A stretch of 64,000 nucleotides of DNA from the sequence record PP813861.1, one strand, 5' to 3'. Shown here in pieces: positions 16,297-25,717 of the stretch. The number at the start of each line of letters is the position of its first letter. Positions within the stretch are counted from its first letter, which is position 1. The notes below the pieces were generated by a model. It saw nothing but the letters and a program-made list of their open reading frames with translations, had not been told where the DNA came from and ran no database searches. A program made the translations under genes and the position numbers.

Positions 16297-17763
16297 TTAA
16301 ACAGCAACTTTACCAGCAATGTGTGGATGATATTCGTAGTTCTCGATAACAAAATCATCTACACCAATTTCCCGAATATCTTTACCAATAGCTTCTTCTT
16401 TAAAACGGATGGTAGGTAGAACCTTCGGTTCACGAGTTAATTGAAGATCAGTTTGTTCTTGGTGGTTAGAGTAAATATGTACATCACCACCAGTCCAGAT
16501 AAACTCTTCAGCAATCATATTCATTTGGTTAGCTAACATATGGGTCAGCAGACTGTAGAACGTGATATTAAAGGGTTTTCCTAAGAAAGTATCACAAGAT
16601 CTTTGATAGAGTTGGCAACTCAATGCACGTTTAGGAACACCATGTTGATCCAGCCATTCTACTACTGCTTCATCTGTAGCCTTTTCATAACCACGACAGA
16701 CACGCAGAAGTGCTTTAACCTGCTCAGCACTATCGAATGGAGGTTGACCACGAGTAATCTCACCACTAATCTTATCATGATAAGCATCAGCTTCGAACTG
16801 GGTTTGGTCTAGAGCTTGCACTCGTTCATCTACGGTCAGTTCACGGGTCCAGAACTGAATAAATGCGTGGCAAGGTGGGAGTGCCTGCTCATCAATAAGA
16901 TGTGGCGCCCATGCACAAACAATGATCCGACGAGAATCCGGGTTGGTGCGAAGTTGATCGATGATGTCTTGGATTTGGTCGATACGTCGAGTAACCACGC
17001 ATCGATCGGTTTCCATGGTTGTACCTGGGATATCCGCCACGAAGTCAAAACCACGCTTCTCATAATCAAACCACTCATATTTAGGGATTACACGAGTGTC
17101 TTCAAGATTACGCCATGTCTTACCGTAAACAGCACCTAGATCGCCGCCGACCAGACGCTCTGGTTCTTTATGCATCAAAGCACGATACAGTCGCTTGTTA
17201 TATTCAGCACGAATACCTTCAGGATTTTTGGCTTCATCGAACCCTTCAGTAGCGAACCTATTCCACGACGTTACGCTAACTCCAATGATGTATTGGATTT
17301 CTTCACGGTTAACTGGATATTCATCCCAGAAGGCCTGAATAGTCTCTGGAGTCATACCCGACTCGAATTCCGCTACAGTCTCAATGAATGGAGTAGAGTC
17401 ATCGTTCATACAATGTAAGTACATTACGAATGGGGCACCAATGAGGGCAGTTACTGCTTTAAGAACGGCCTCATCGGTCATCGGCTCATATACTGCGGTT
17501 TCAGGTTTAACCCACTCGTTCCAGATGCGTACACCATTAGCGATCAGGTAATCCACCTTAGTATCACCTGACAGCATCCAGAACAATTCATGAATTACAG
17601 AAGCTAGATGAATCTTCTTGGTGGTTACAACTGGTAGCCGATTATTACGCAGACTATAACGTTCTTGTTGACCAAACATGCTCTGAGTACCAGTACCAGT
17701 ACGGTCACCTTTATGTACACCGTGTTCTTTAACTAAACGGATTGAATTAAGATATTGTTCCAT
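16297..17763 (-). CDS. thyA: thymidylate synthase with large insertions
   Basis: GDRTGTGT, IHELFWMLSG, IWNEW, LGAVYGKTWR, ALPPCH (catalytic Cys), LYQRSCD, PFNI, GDVHIY motifs. Confidence 0.97.
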   Translation of the reverse strand: MEQYLNSIRLVKEHGVHKGDRTGTGTQSMFGQQERYSLRNNRLPVVTTKKIHLASVIHELFWMLSGDTKVDYLIANGVRIWNEWVKPETAVYEPMTDEAVLKAVTALIGAPFVMYLHCMNDDSTPFIETVAEFESGMTPETIQAFWDEYPVNREEIQYIIGVSVTSWNRFATEGFDEAKNPEGIRAEYNKRLYRALMHKEPERLVGGDLGAVYGKTWRNLEDTRVIPKYEWFDYEKRGFDFVADIPGTTMETDRCVVTRRIDQIQDIIDQLRTNPDSRRIIVCAWAPHLIDEQALPPCHAFIQFWTRELTVDERVQALDQTQFEADAYHDKISGEITRGQPPFDSAEQVKALLRVCRGYEKATDEAVVEWLDQHGVPKRALSCQLYQRSCDTFLGKPFNITFYSLLTHMLANQMNMIAEEFIWTGGDVHIYSNHQEQTDLQLTREPKVLPTIRFKEEAIGKDIREIGVDDFVIENYEYHPHIAGKVAV

Positions 17764-17963
17764 TACTTGATCCTCGGATTGTCTACTAGTCCACAGTTGA
17801 ACCAGAGATGTTTATCATGGCGGCGATCATCACTAATAGATACGATCGTACCCTTACCATCTTTAAAGTTAATAATCAATGCCCGAACTCGGCCATGGGA
17901 GAGAGCATTGAAAATTTTGTACGACTTTACACTGAATGCGATTCTTTCATCAAGACGATCCAT
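17763..17963 (-). CDS. hypothetical protein
   Basis: 66 aa; TAATG overlap with thyA start. Confidence 0.6.
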   Translation of the reverse strand: MDRLDERIAFSVKSYKIFNALSHGRVRALIINFKDGKGTIVSISDDRRHDKHLWFNCGLVDNPRIK

Positions 17964-17990
17964 ACTTCATTCCTCTAACCTTACTGGTAA

Positions 17991-18284
17991 TCATAGATCA
18001 ACCTCTATCCGTTTGTATTTGATATTAACTGGAATACCTAATTCATTTTTTACAAGATTAAATGAGTTTTTCGATGGAGTGTATGTAGCGACTATAACTG
18101 CTTGACTATCAGCTACAACTACATCTCGCCATTCCATGTGCATGTTATCGAAATCATCTTTACCCATAATCAAGTAATAAGACGTATCATTATGCGTAAT
18201 GGTATTTTCAAACGGTCTAATTACAAAAGCACTTAAACTAGACTGTATACGGTGTCCTACTTGTTCAAGTGTAACTGTATACAT
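17991..18284 (-). CDS. hypothetical protein
   Basis: 97 aa, GGAGGT RBS. Confidence 0.7.
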   Translation of the reverse strand: MYTVTLEQVGHRIQSSLSAFVIRPFENTITHNDTSYYLIMGKDDFDNMHMEWRDVVVADSQAVIVATYTPSKNSFNLVKNELGIPVNIKYKRIEVDL

Positions 18285-18305
18285 AAAACCTCCTAGACGG
18301 TATAC

Positions 18306-18325
18306 GGGAGTCCCGAAGGACTCCC
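18306..18325 (-). terminator. intrinsic terminator, UUCG loop
   Basis: GGGAGTCC-CGAA-GGACTCCC. Confidence 0.8.
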
Positions 18326-18389
18326 TAAGCGCAACTAACCAATCGGCTAGTATCTTGCCTATAATATTAATCTATTAAAAGTATTTTTA

Positions 18390-19097
18390 TTACAGACCAA
18401 TACGTGTCAAAATTTCAGCCCAACCTTTCTCTTTAGCATATCGCAATAGGCTATTTTCAATATGGGTCTCACTATAGACAATAGGTTCATGGCCACCTTG
18501 CACATGATACATTGTTAATGGTTCCACCACATGTTGACTAGACCAAGCATCGTATAAACGATCATTGATTTTAATCACCACATATACCATCAATTTATCG
18601 TCGATGTCAAGATCAATACCTGCTACAAATGCATTAACATTGGAACGCACTTGGTCAGCAGTTAGTTGCACTTGCAGCCCGCCATGTACTTCAAATTCGA
18701 TATCACAGATATTCTTATTTAACCAAGTATACACTGCCTGATTAGCATATGTCTCAATTGGATCACTACTACGTAAATCTATTAATGGACCATATGTTTC
18801 TAATGATGAGACACTGGTATCAACTAAGTCATTCAATGAGTATTCGGTACTAGAACAACTATCTAAAACACAGATAGTGTTATCCTCGATATGGATAGGT
18901 AATACCTTGAATACCACATTAGCAACATTAGGTAATGAGGTACCTGGTTCAGAACTATTGAATGGAGTATAAAATAATCGATCAGCCACTTCATTATCAA
19001 TAGTTGATACATCCATTGGAACAAATCCATTAAGATCTTGTTTGATTACATCATTGTGTCCAATTCCAGAAAAAGATAAATACATTTTCTCAGACAT
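18390..19097 (-). CDS. hypothetical protein
   Basis: 235-aa ORF. Confidence 0.75.
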   Translation of the reverse strand: MSEKMYLSFSGIGHNDVIKQDLNGFVPMDVSTIDNEVADRLFYTPFNSSEPGTSLPNVANVVFKVLPIHIEDNTICVLDSCSSTEYSLNDLVDTSVSSLETYGPLIDLRSSDPIETYANQAVYTWLNKNICDIEFEVHGGLQVQLTADQVRSNVNAFVAGIDLDIDDKLMVYVVIKINDRLYDAWSSQHVVEPLTMYHVQGGHEPIVYSETHIENSLLRYAKEKGWAEILTRIGL

Positions 19098-19105
19098 ATC
19101 CGTAC

Positions 19106-19363
19106 CTATTTATTTACACAGATTAGAGTATGTTCTACTTTACTAGTACTAGAAGAAAAATAACGTAATAGAACACCATCACTGATTTTTACAGTCTCTA
19201 CATTATTACGAATAGCACTTGCTTTAGCTAGTTTTTGAATGCGCTCAATCGCGCTAAAACAAGTAGCCATGTCAGAGAACTCAGCGGTTGACTGCGATAC
19301 ACCATTGGCTTGATAACCGGCAATACTAATACTACTAAAAAGAATTGCTAAAGTTGCATTCAT
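19106..19363 (-). CDS. small secreted/periplasmic protein
   Basis: Signal-peptide-like N-terminus, two Cys. Confidence 0.65.
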   Translation of the reverse strand: MNATLAILFSSISIAGYQANGVSQSTAEFSDMATCFSAIERIQKLAKASAIRNNVETVKISDGVLLRYFSSSTSKVEHTLICVNK

Positions 19364-20268
19364 TTCTTACCACCTTTAATAACAGTGAGTTTTGGTGGAC
19401 CGGTAGGACGAGAAGGTTTATTAATAATAACCTGCGAATTGGAAGAATTATTGAAATCCTCAACCATCTTATTTACATCATTGTCAAATGAATTAGATGT
19501 ATTATCACCCGAGTCCACAGTTGATTCACTAACCACATTTGAAATAGGGTAACTGAGGAGTTCCATCATAAGTACATTGATGTTATCCTGATAGTTTTCA
19601 TTACGTGTACAATTAATAACCCGCTCACACCAATCCATAATTAATTCTGGTGCATTCTGTTTAATTACAGTTACCGCTACTCTAATATGTGCATCTAATT
19701 CTGGATTACTAAATTCAGTTACTCTGTTAATGGCGCTTTCAATCATCTGATCATGCTCATTCTCAGATGTATTCCTTACAACTAACTTACCATTAGTGGT
19801 ATCGGCTTTATTTTTAAAATTAACCTCAGTGACATTACCTACGGTAGTTAATACTGGGTTTTTGTCAACTACATTATTAACAGTTCCTTCTAATGTTGCA
19901 CGAATAGTATCTGCATTTAGATATCTATCTACTAGTGGCATTTCAAAGAATGCGTTAGAATTATCATCAATAGGTGTAACTACACCCAATACTGCATAAA
20001 GAGGAAGTTTAATACTGACCCCAACTCCATTTACTGTTACATTGAAAGAGATATATTCGTCACTGATATAAAAATTCTTTGCACAGCGTGGATGGATATT
20101 GAAAGTGATAGTGTGATCTTCTTTCGCATGCTTTAGAGCTACCTCAGATAAATCAGGTACTAATTGAGTATGTGCTACAATTAGAATATCTCTGAAGTTA
20201 TTCTCAAGAAACCAATCATAGGTAGCTCGAAGAATATGGCCAGTGAGTAATGATTTTACCTTTAGCAT
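19360..20268 (-). CDS. sspB: SspB-like ClpXP adaptor protein
   Basis: HILRATYDWFLEN, ITFNIHPR, ISFN, LPLYAVLGV match SspB; C-terminal PKLTVIK resembles the ClpX-binding tail. Confidence 0.85.
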   Translation of the reverse strand: MLKVKSLLTGHILRATYDWFLENNFRDILIVAHTQLVPDLSEVALKHAKEDHTITFNIHPRCAKNFYISDEYISFNVTVNGVGVSIKLPLYAVLGVVTPIDDNSNAFFEMPLVDRYLNADTIRATLEGTVNNVVDKNPVLTTVGNVTEVNFKNKADTTNGKLVVRNTSENEHDQMIESAINRVTEFSNPELDAHIRVAVTVIKQNAPELIMDWCERVINCTRNENYQDNINVLMMELLSYPISNVVSESTVDSGDNTSNSFDNDVNKMVEDFNNSSNSQVIINKPSRPTGPPKLTVIKGGKK

Positions 20269-20290
20269 ATTTGTATTACCTTTAAATAAA

Positions 20291-20758
20291 TTATAGGAAG
20301 ATATCTTCTACTGAGGGCACTATATTCTTTTCTTTTACAAGTTCAGTAGATTTGGTATAATGTGCATTAAATAGTTTCTTTAAATCTGCTTTTTCATATT
20401 TTACAGTATCTGCTAATTTCCAAATAGTAAGACCTAGATGAATACTAACTGAATTAACATGTTTTACGCATAGATCAATTAATTTGTTAAACTCTTCTAA
20501 TTCATTTTTAATCAACGTTGCATCTAAAGCTTGGTGCAAACGATTAGATAATTTAACTTTATCTTTGTCAATTGTAAAGTTATTTTCAATATCCTTAGCA
20601 CTCATCGGTGGTTCAACTTTATACCACACATTGGTTAGTTTACCGTCCACACGCGTCGTGATGGGATGTTTATAATCAGTCCAACTTCTATGTAGATTAT
20701 GTTTATCATCAAGAACATCTACAGTAACTTTCTCATTACCTGTAAAGAATGGATACAT
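20291..20758 (-). CDS. hypothetical protein
   Basis: 155-aa ORF. Confidence 0.7.
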   Translation of the reverse strand: MYPFFTGNEKVTVDVLDDKHNLHRSWTDYKHPITTRVDGKLTNVWYKVEPPMSAKDIENNFTIDKDKVKLSNRLHQALDATLIKNELEEFNKLIDLCVKHVNSVSIHLGLTIWKLADTVKYEKADLKKLFNAHYTKSTELVKEKNIVPSVEDIFL

Positions 20759-20931
20759 TAGGTTGCCTTTATTTTATCAATGAGTAATTTTAATAGTTCA
20801 TCATTAGTTAAATTGTCTTTATTTTTAATAATGTCTTTTAGTTTAAACATATTGAAAGTATACCACAACCACTTATGAATTATATAACAAATCACTATAA
20901 CTAATAATAGTAGTGAATGTAATGCTAGCAT
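20758..20931 (-). CDS. small membrane protein (57 aa)
   Basis: MLALHSLLLLVIVICYIIHKWLW...; AGGT RBS; TAATG overlap with next gene; first gene after promoter. Confidence 0.6.
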   Translation of the reverse strand: MLALHSLLLLVIVICYIIHKWLWYTFNMFKLKDIIKNKDNLTNDELLKLLIDKIKAT

Positions 20932-20967
20932 TATAACTACCTATTTTGATATGACTTGACCAAATAT

Positions 20968-20996
20968 GTAATATAGATTTCAAAAAAAATTTAATG
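20968..20996 (-). promoter_or_regulatory. phiKZ-type early promoter
   Basis: Exact copy of 11331-11359 containing TATATTAC. Confidence 0.85.
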
Positions 20997-21002
20997 CAAT
21001 AA

Positions 21003-21024
21003 AGGAGAGCTAAATAGCTCTCCT
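21003..21024 (-). terminator. intrinsic terminator
   Basis: AGGAGAGCT-AAAT-AGCTCTCCT. Confidence 0.8.
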
Positions 21025-21032
21025 ATTTATGC

Positions 21033-21323
21033 TTATTTATTTTTCTTTCTTGACTTATCTTTAATAACTAAGTCTAATGCTTCAAACATTTTAACAGCAG
21101 TTAAATGGTCGATAGAGTATGCCTTTTTACGTAAACGTCCAATAGCTACTGTATACTGGTATTCAGATAAACCATCACTCATATTGTCAATAATTGATAG
21201 TGCTTCTTTATAAAGCCTGTTACACTTTATCGTGTGTTTGATGGCATAATAACCCCAGTTAATTAAAGCCATCATTATAATCAGAAACAAAATACCTATA
21301 ATTACTGTCATGATATCATTCAT
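21033..21323 (-). CDS. single-pass membrane protein
   Basis: N-terminal TM IMTVIIGILFLIIMMALINW. Confidence 0.75.
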   Translation of the reverse strand: MNDIMTVIIGILFLIIMMALINWGYYAIKHTIKCNRLYKEALSIIDNMSDGLSEYQYTVAIGRLRKKAYSIDHLTAVKMFEALDLVIKDKSRKKNK

Positions 21324-21633
21324 TTGCTGTTTCCCTATTATTACATTTTAATATAATCAATGAGTTGATATCGTAAATAAAAGATGTAAAAATATGTTGA
21401 TTTGTTATTTTAGATGATTCTTTATCTATAATGTCTTGGACAGCATTTTGATAGAAAAAATAACTTATGCCATTGGGCATTTTATCTAATACATATCTAA
21501 CCTTATAAACACCCATCCAGTGAATATAATGATTTTTTATATTAATAATGAAAGTTACACATGTTGATATAGCCGTTAGTGTTATCATTGATATAACAAA
21601 TACTTTATACATTTGCAACCCACAGATTCTCAT
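21316..21633 (-). CDS. single-pass membrane protein, paralogue of 21033..21323
   Basis: TM plus VLDKMPNGISYFFY vs IIDNMSDGLSEYQY. Confidence 0.7.
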   Translation of the reverse strand: MRICGLQMYKVFVISMITLTAISTCVTFIINIKNHYIHWMGVYKVRYVLDKMPNGISYFFYQNAVQDIIDKESSKITNQHIFTSFIYDINSLIILKCNNRETANE

Positions 21634-21646
21634 CTAGATGAAATAA

Positions 21647-21666
21647 ACCAGCCCCGAAGGGCTGGT
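21647..21666 (-). terminator. intrinsic terminator, UUCG loop
   Basis: ACCAGCCC-CGAA-GGGCTGGT. Confidence 0.8.
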
Positions 21667-21668
21667 AT

Positions 21669-22037
21669 TTATTTTACAACCACAGCTTTACCGTAGTTGT
21701 TATCCATACAGGTTTTAAATGATGTAACGTATGCATCACGTGGGCTTTGTCTACGTGAATACACAACGTGCACCTCTTTAATTGCTGCTGGGAGAACATT
21801 GTAAAGAACGTTATCTTTGTTCTTCACGCCGTACCCTTTTAGGGATCGTAGGTTTTCTTCCCATTGTAAAATGGGTGTTTTACGCTGACGTGCTTCTGCT
21901 GTGGCATGTGCTATAAGTGCAACACCATTACAGTAATTCTCGTCAACTACCAACGATGCAGCTAGTGGGTTTGATACGTATAACAACGTACTTAATACGG
22001 CCACTAACTTCATTACGTGTGTTAAACATTGCATCAC
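21669..22037 (-). CDS. secreted/periplasmic protein
   Basis: Signal peptide ending PLAA, Cys pair in mature part. Confidence 0.7.
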   Translation of the reverse strand: MMQCLTHVMKLVAVLSTLLYVSNPLAASLVVDENYCNGVALIAHATAEARQRKTPILQWEENLRSLKGYGVKNKDNVLYNVLPAAIKEVHVVYSRRQSPRDAYVTSFKTCMDNNYGKAVVVK

Positions 22038-22090
22038 GTTGTACCTAGGTTGCTAAGATCAGAATATAAAGCTACTAAAATAGCCTTAAA

Positions 22091-22690
22091 TCATTCTACA
22101 ACCTTAACGTTACCATCTTCAATAACTAGATCTTTACCTACAACATCGGCAAGATCTAACTTATCTTTTACTTCCAGTTTCTTGATACTGTGTACAAAAC
22201 GGAATACAGATAGACGAAGAATTAGTTCTTCTGGTACATCAACAACATCAATAAAGTATTCTGATGGGTTGATATCACAATTGACATATTCCCAACTTTG
22301 TCTTAGTTCAGTTTCATTCTCAGTTACTTGTGCATCAAGAACTTCTTCAAAGTTAATATTGGCAATATTAGTATCATTATCATTCAGATAAGTAAATTGA
22401 AGACTAGCATTATTAATGAATTCTTCTTCAACTACAGTTAGTGCACGTTGAGCGTGAATGGGTAGATGATATCGAATACACCCATTAATAATAACCTCAT
22501 TTGCCTTTTCAATATAACGTTCTTCTTTGAATTTTACATTAGATACGACGTAATCTAGGATTGCCTTGTAATATTCTTTATGATCTGGGTGGCTCTTTTC
22601 AATCCACTGTCGGCTACTTACGCTAATTTTTTTCTCGGCTAGAAAATCTCGGAATTTAGCACGATCGATATAAGCGGTACGTTTTTTCAT
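22091..22690 (-). CDS. hypothetical protein
   Basis: 199 aa, AGGAA RBS. Confidence 0.8.
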   Translation of the reverse strand: MKKRTAYIDRAKFRDFLAEKKISVSSRQWIEKSHPDHKEYYKAILDYVVSNVKFKEERYIEKANEVIINGCIRYHLPIHAQRALTVVEEEFINNASLQFTYLNDNDTNIANINFEEVLDAQVTENETELRQSWEYVNCDINPSEYFIDVVDVPEELILRLSVFRFVHSIKKLEVKDKLDLADVVGKDLVIEDGNVKVVE

Positions 22691-22702
22691 CAGTAGTTCC
22701 TA

Positions 22703-23218
22703 TTATTTAACATTTCTAGGTGTTAGTTCGATATGTGAACAGATCACATAAGATGCACATGCCAGTACATCTAAACCATAATACTCATCATAATGGAAAT
22801 ATCCTCTGAGATTACCTTGTTTAGTAAAGGTGTATTCATCAGCTAAATCTAACTCGTTACTTGTCTCTAGCACATTGATTAATTTATCATATTCAACTTT
22901 TAGTGCTATATCAGTACAGATTATTTGCTTGATATATTTATCAGAGTTTGGATCATTTTTATAATCTAAAGTATCAGTTAATACAGTGGTTAATGCTAGA
23001 ATAACATAGTCATGGTAACTTTCCGGTTGTTTAATCTCACCTTCAGGTATTTCAATCCATTCCCAACCATGTCGTAATATATTTAGCATTACATGCCACT
23101 TACTGGTTTCATTACTAACCACAGCTATTGGTGAATCATTATAAGGTTTATACAAACCTGTTGTTTTTAAAAGATCTTTTTTAATAGCAGCTATATATAA
23201 CGGGCGGTTTTCTGACAT
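22703..23218 (-). CDS. hypothetical protein
   Basis: 171-aa ORF. Confidence 0.75.
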   Translation of the reverse strand: MSENRPLYIAAIKKDLLKTTGLYKPYNDSPIAVVSNETSKWHVMLNILRHGWEWIEIPEGEIKQPESYHDYVILALTTVLTDTLDYKNDPNSDKYIKQIICTDIALKVEYDKLINVLETSNELDLADEYTFTKQGNLRGYFHYDEYYGLDVLACASYVICSHIELTPRNVK

Positions 23219-23227
23219 TTTTATAAC

Positions 23228-23557
23228 TCACATATATTTCAAATGTTTGCCAATTGGTCTGTTAGGGTTATACATATAACCACGACCTGCTGCTGCCCTA
23301 ATTACTAATTTCTGCATATCTGTTAATTTTCTATAATTATCACCAATTAATTTAAGTATAATACTTTCTATAGAATCATTAGTTAATTCAGAAGGATCTG
23401 TTACTTTGAAATAATTATATACTAATTCTCTTTTAACTAGAAAATCAACTCTTCGTTTTTCTTTAATTCGTTTATAACGTTGCGATACATGGATAAATGA
23501 AAATAAAACAACTATCCAGAATAAGGTCAAAAGTAGGTACTCATCAACTACATTCAT
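23228..23557 (-). CDS. single-pass membrane protein
   Basis: YLLLTLFWIVVLFSFIHV helix. Confidence 0.7.
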   Translation of the reverse strand: MNVVDEYLLLTLFWIVVLFSFIHVSQRYKRIKEKRRVDFLVKRELVYNYFKVTDPSELTNDSIESIILKLIGDNYRKLTDMQKLVIRAAAGRGYMYNPNRPIGKHLKYM

Positions 23558-23559
23558 TT

Positions 23560-23883
23560 TTAATCCCTATCTTTTTTTTTCAAATTATCTTGTAACTCAA
23601 CTAGTGTTCTGTTTAATAAACTAATTTGTTTCTGTTGTTCACATACAAGTTCACTTAACGTATTAATCTGTGCCTGTAGTTCTTTAGTATTAGTATCAAT
23701 AACATCAAGAATATATTCTTTATTTTTCTTAGGCATTCTTTGCTTCCTCAACGTTAATTCACCAAACGGCAGAAAAGATGACTGGGCAGCCAACACTCTT
23801 TTAGAATGTCTTTTGCCCAGTCTTTTAAATGTCTTACGAAGTTTAATTGGTATAAGCATTAAATAATATCTCTTGATGCCCAT
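23560..23883 (-). CDS. hypothetical coiled-coil protein
   Basis: 107 aa with C-terminal heptads. Confidence 0.6.
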   Translation of the reverse strand: MGIKRYYLMLIPIKLRKTFKRLGKRHSKRVLAAQSSFLPFGELTLRKQRMPKKNKEYILDVIDTNTKELQAQINTLSELVCEQQKQISLLNRTLVELQDNLKKKDRD

Positions 23884-24293
23884 GTACCATCTACAGAGTC
23901 ATTTACAAATGGTGCACGGTCACCAGGTATTACTTGAGCCCATAAATCCACTTCAAGTAATATCCGACGACATGCATAAAAAGGCTCTACTTCTACCCTG
24001 TATGAATTATCTTTAGGATCAATATACACAGTAGCAACTAGCTTAGGCTGGGCTCTTCGCCATTTATCCCATACTTTAAGAATTACTTCGCCTTCCATTC
24101 TGGCTATACGTGGAGTTATCTTTACCTCACTAATGATTAGTCCATCTGGACCTACCACTCGTTTAGGGGATAGCCATTTATGATAACCAATATCATTAAT
24201 CCCATTCTTTGAAAATACCGAGTCTTCAAGATATCCTCTCACACCAGGGTATAACGGAACCATTGTAAGCATATGACACCTATAGTGATCCAT
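23859..24293 (-). CDS. hypothetical protein
   Basis: 144-aa ORF. Confidence 0.7.
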   Translation of the reverse strand: MDHYRCHMLTMVPLYPGVRGYLEDSVFSKNGINDIGYHKWLSPKRVVGPDGLIISEVKITPRIARMEGEVILKVWDKWRRAQPKLVATVYIDPKDNSYRVEVEPFYACRRILLEVDLWAQVIPGDRAPFVNDSVDGTWASRDII

Positions 24294-24678
24294 TGGATGC
24301 CCATAAAACTGAATAAGGATTTTGAGTTAATTGGAATCTAATTGCAAAGTTTTCGATTTCCCAAAAACGATCAGTCTTATTCCACTCTAATTCCTTTTTC
24401 GCCAGATCAACATTAATTGTTGATATAATACGATTACGCTCTTCTTCAAATACAGTAAACCTGACGATTGCTGGAAATAAGCAATCTCTTTCTTTATAAA
24501 AGTTTAGAGTATTCTTATCGATATAACCTGGTCCTGGAATAATTTCAAGGATATTAAAATCAGTCCATCCTAAGTCTGGTGTACCTAGATCAGGTAAATG
24601 TTTTAAAACCCCATTGCGTATAAAGGGTTTTCCATATTCTAGTGTGACTTCATGAAAAGAAGAACCATAAATTTTCAT
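24280..24678 (-). CDS. hypothetical protein
   Basis: 132-aa ORF. Confidence 0.7.
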   Translation of the reverse strand: MKIYGSSFHEVTLEYGKPFIRNGVLKHLPDLGTPDLGWTDFNILEIIPGPGYIDKNTLNFYKERDCLFPAIVRFTVFEEERNRIISTINVDLAKKELEWNKTDRFWEIENFAIRFQLTQNPYSVLWASNGSL

Positions 24679-24838
24679 ACAACCACCATGCGTTTTAATT
24701 CATAGGGTTAGTATGTTTAGTACTGTTTGAATTTTATTTCATTACAGATAATCGCTTTGTTATATTTGGTGTTTGAATATTTTAGGCTAGTTTCAATAAA
24801 TGCTTTCTTTTTCATACATGTATTTACGCAAAATAAAT

Positions 24839-24862
24839 AGGGACTCTTAATGAGAGTCCCTT
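24839..24862 (-). terminator. intrinsic terminator
   Basis: AGGGACTCT...AGAGTCCCT hairpin. Confidence 0.75.
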
Positions 24863-24866
24863 AATG

Positions 24867-25199
24867 TTAAACAAATAATAATTCCAGTACTAATACTGGA
24901 AATTTATGCCGATATTGTGGATGTACATACGTATGAAATTTATGTGTACCTAAATGGAATTCAACGTATAGTACAATAAAATCTTTAGCTGCATTTCGAT
25001 CATGTACGTAAATAGTGAGTATTTCACCATCATCATCTTTCTTACGTCCATAATCAAAATAGTAATTTTTATTATCAGCTATCCCTTCAGCATTTAATTG
25101 AATGCCTCTTACATCGACAACATTTAAACTAGAATCTTCATCAAATAAAGATCTAGTGCTGCCATGGTAAACCATTAATGGATCTAATTGAATCTGCAT
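24867..25199 (-). CDS. hypothetical protein
   Basis: 110 aa, GAGGA RBS. Confidence 0.7.
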   Translation of the reverse strand: MQIQLDPLMVYHGSTRSLFDEDSSLNVVDVRGIQLNAEGIADNKNYYFDYGRKKDDDGEILTIYVHDRNAAKDFIVLYVEFHLGTHKFHTYVHPQYRHKFPVLVLELLFV

Positions 25200-25267
25200 G
25201 TGTCAGTCCTCTACTATGTAGTGAGGCACATGCCTCACTTATATTGTTTTAATTTTCATATTAATGA

Positions 25268-25615
25268 TCAATTAAAGTTAACAGTGCTATAAGCTTTGCC
25301 TAAAGCTGTAAATAGTTCTTCATTAAGTTCATCAAATTCTAACCAACCATTCATTTCACCTAAGATAGTTTTAACAATCGTAAGATTAACAATCTCAGAG
25401 CTAGGAATGATATCTCGAATTCGCTCATGGAAATTAACTACTTGTTGAATACTTACTTTAGTATCATTGACTGAGATATCATCATCAGTTAACTTATTAA
25501 TAGCCATCATCGCTATACGTGAGAATAGATCAGTATGTTCTTCCTTAACAATTTCCCATGCTGCATTAAAGGAGTCAAGAACATCTAGATCATCAGAATT
25601 TAGTTGCTTTTGCAT
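25268..25615 (-). CDS. hypothetical protein
   Basis: 115 aa, GAGGT RBS. Confidence 0.75.
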   Translation of the reverse strand: MQKQLNSDDLDVLDSFNAAWEIVKEEHTDLFSRIAMMAINKLTDDDISVNDTKVSIQQVVNFHERIRDIIPSSEIVNLTIVKTILGEMNGWLEFDELNEELFTALGKAYSTVNFN

Positions 25616-25717
25616 TTTAACCTCTTAAACATTATAACACATATACCCCACAACATAAGTCATGGAGTATATGCCTCGAAAGGTACGTAATAGAAATACT
25701 ACTACATAGTATTGTAT

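Noticed and set aside
16297-17763. Intein or intron in thyA
   Set aside because: The ORF is continuous, with no N-terminal C/S, C-terminal HN or LAGLIDADG/HNH motifs in the inserts
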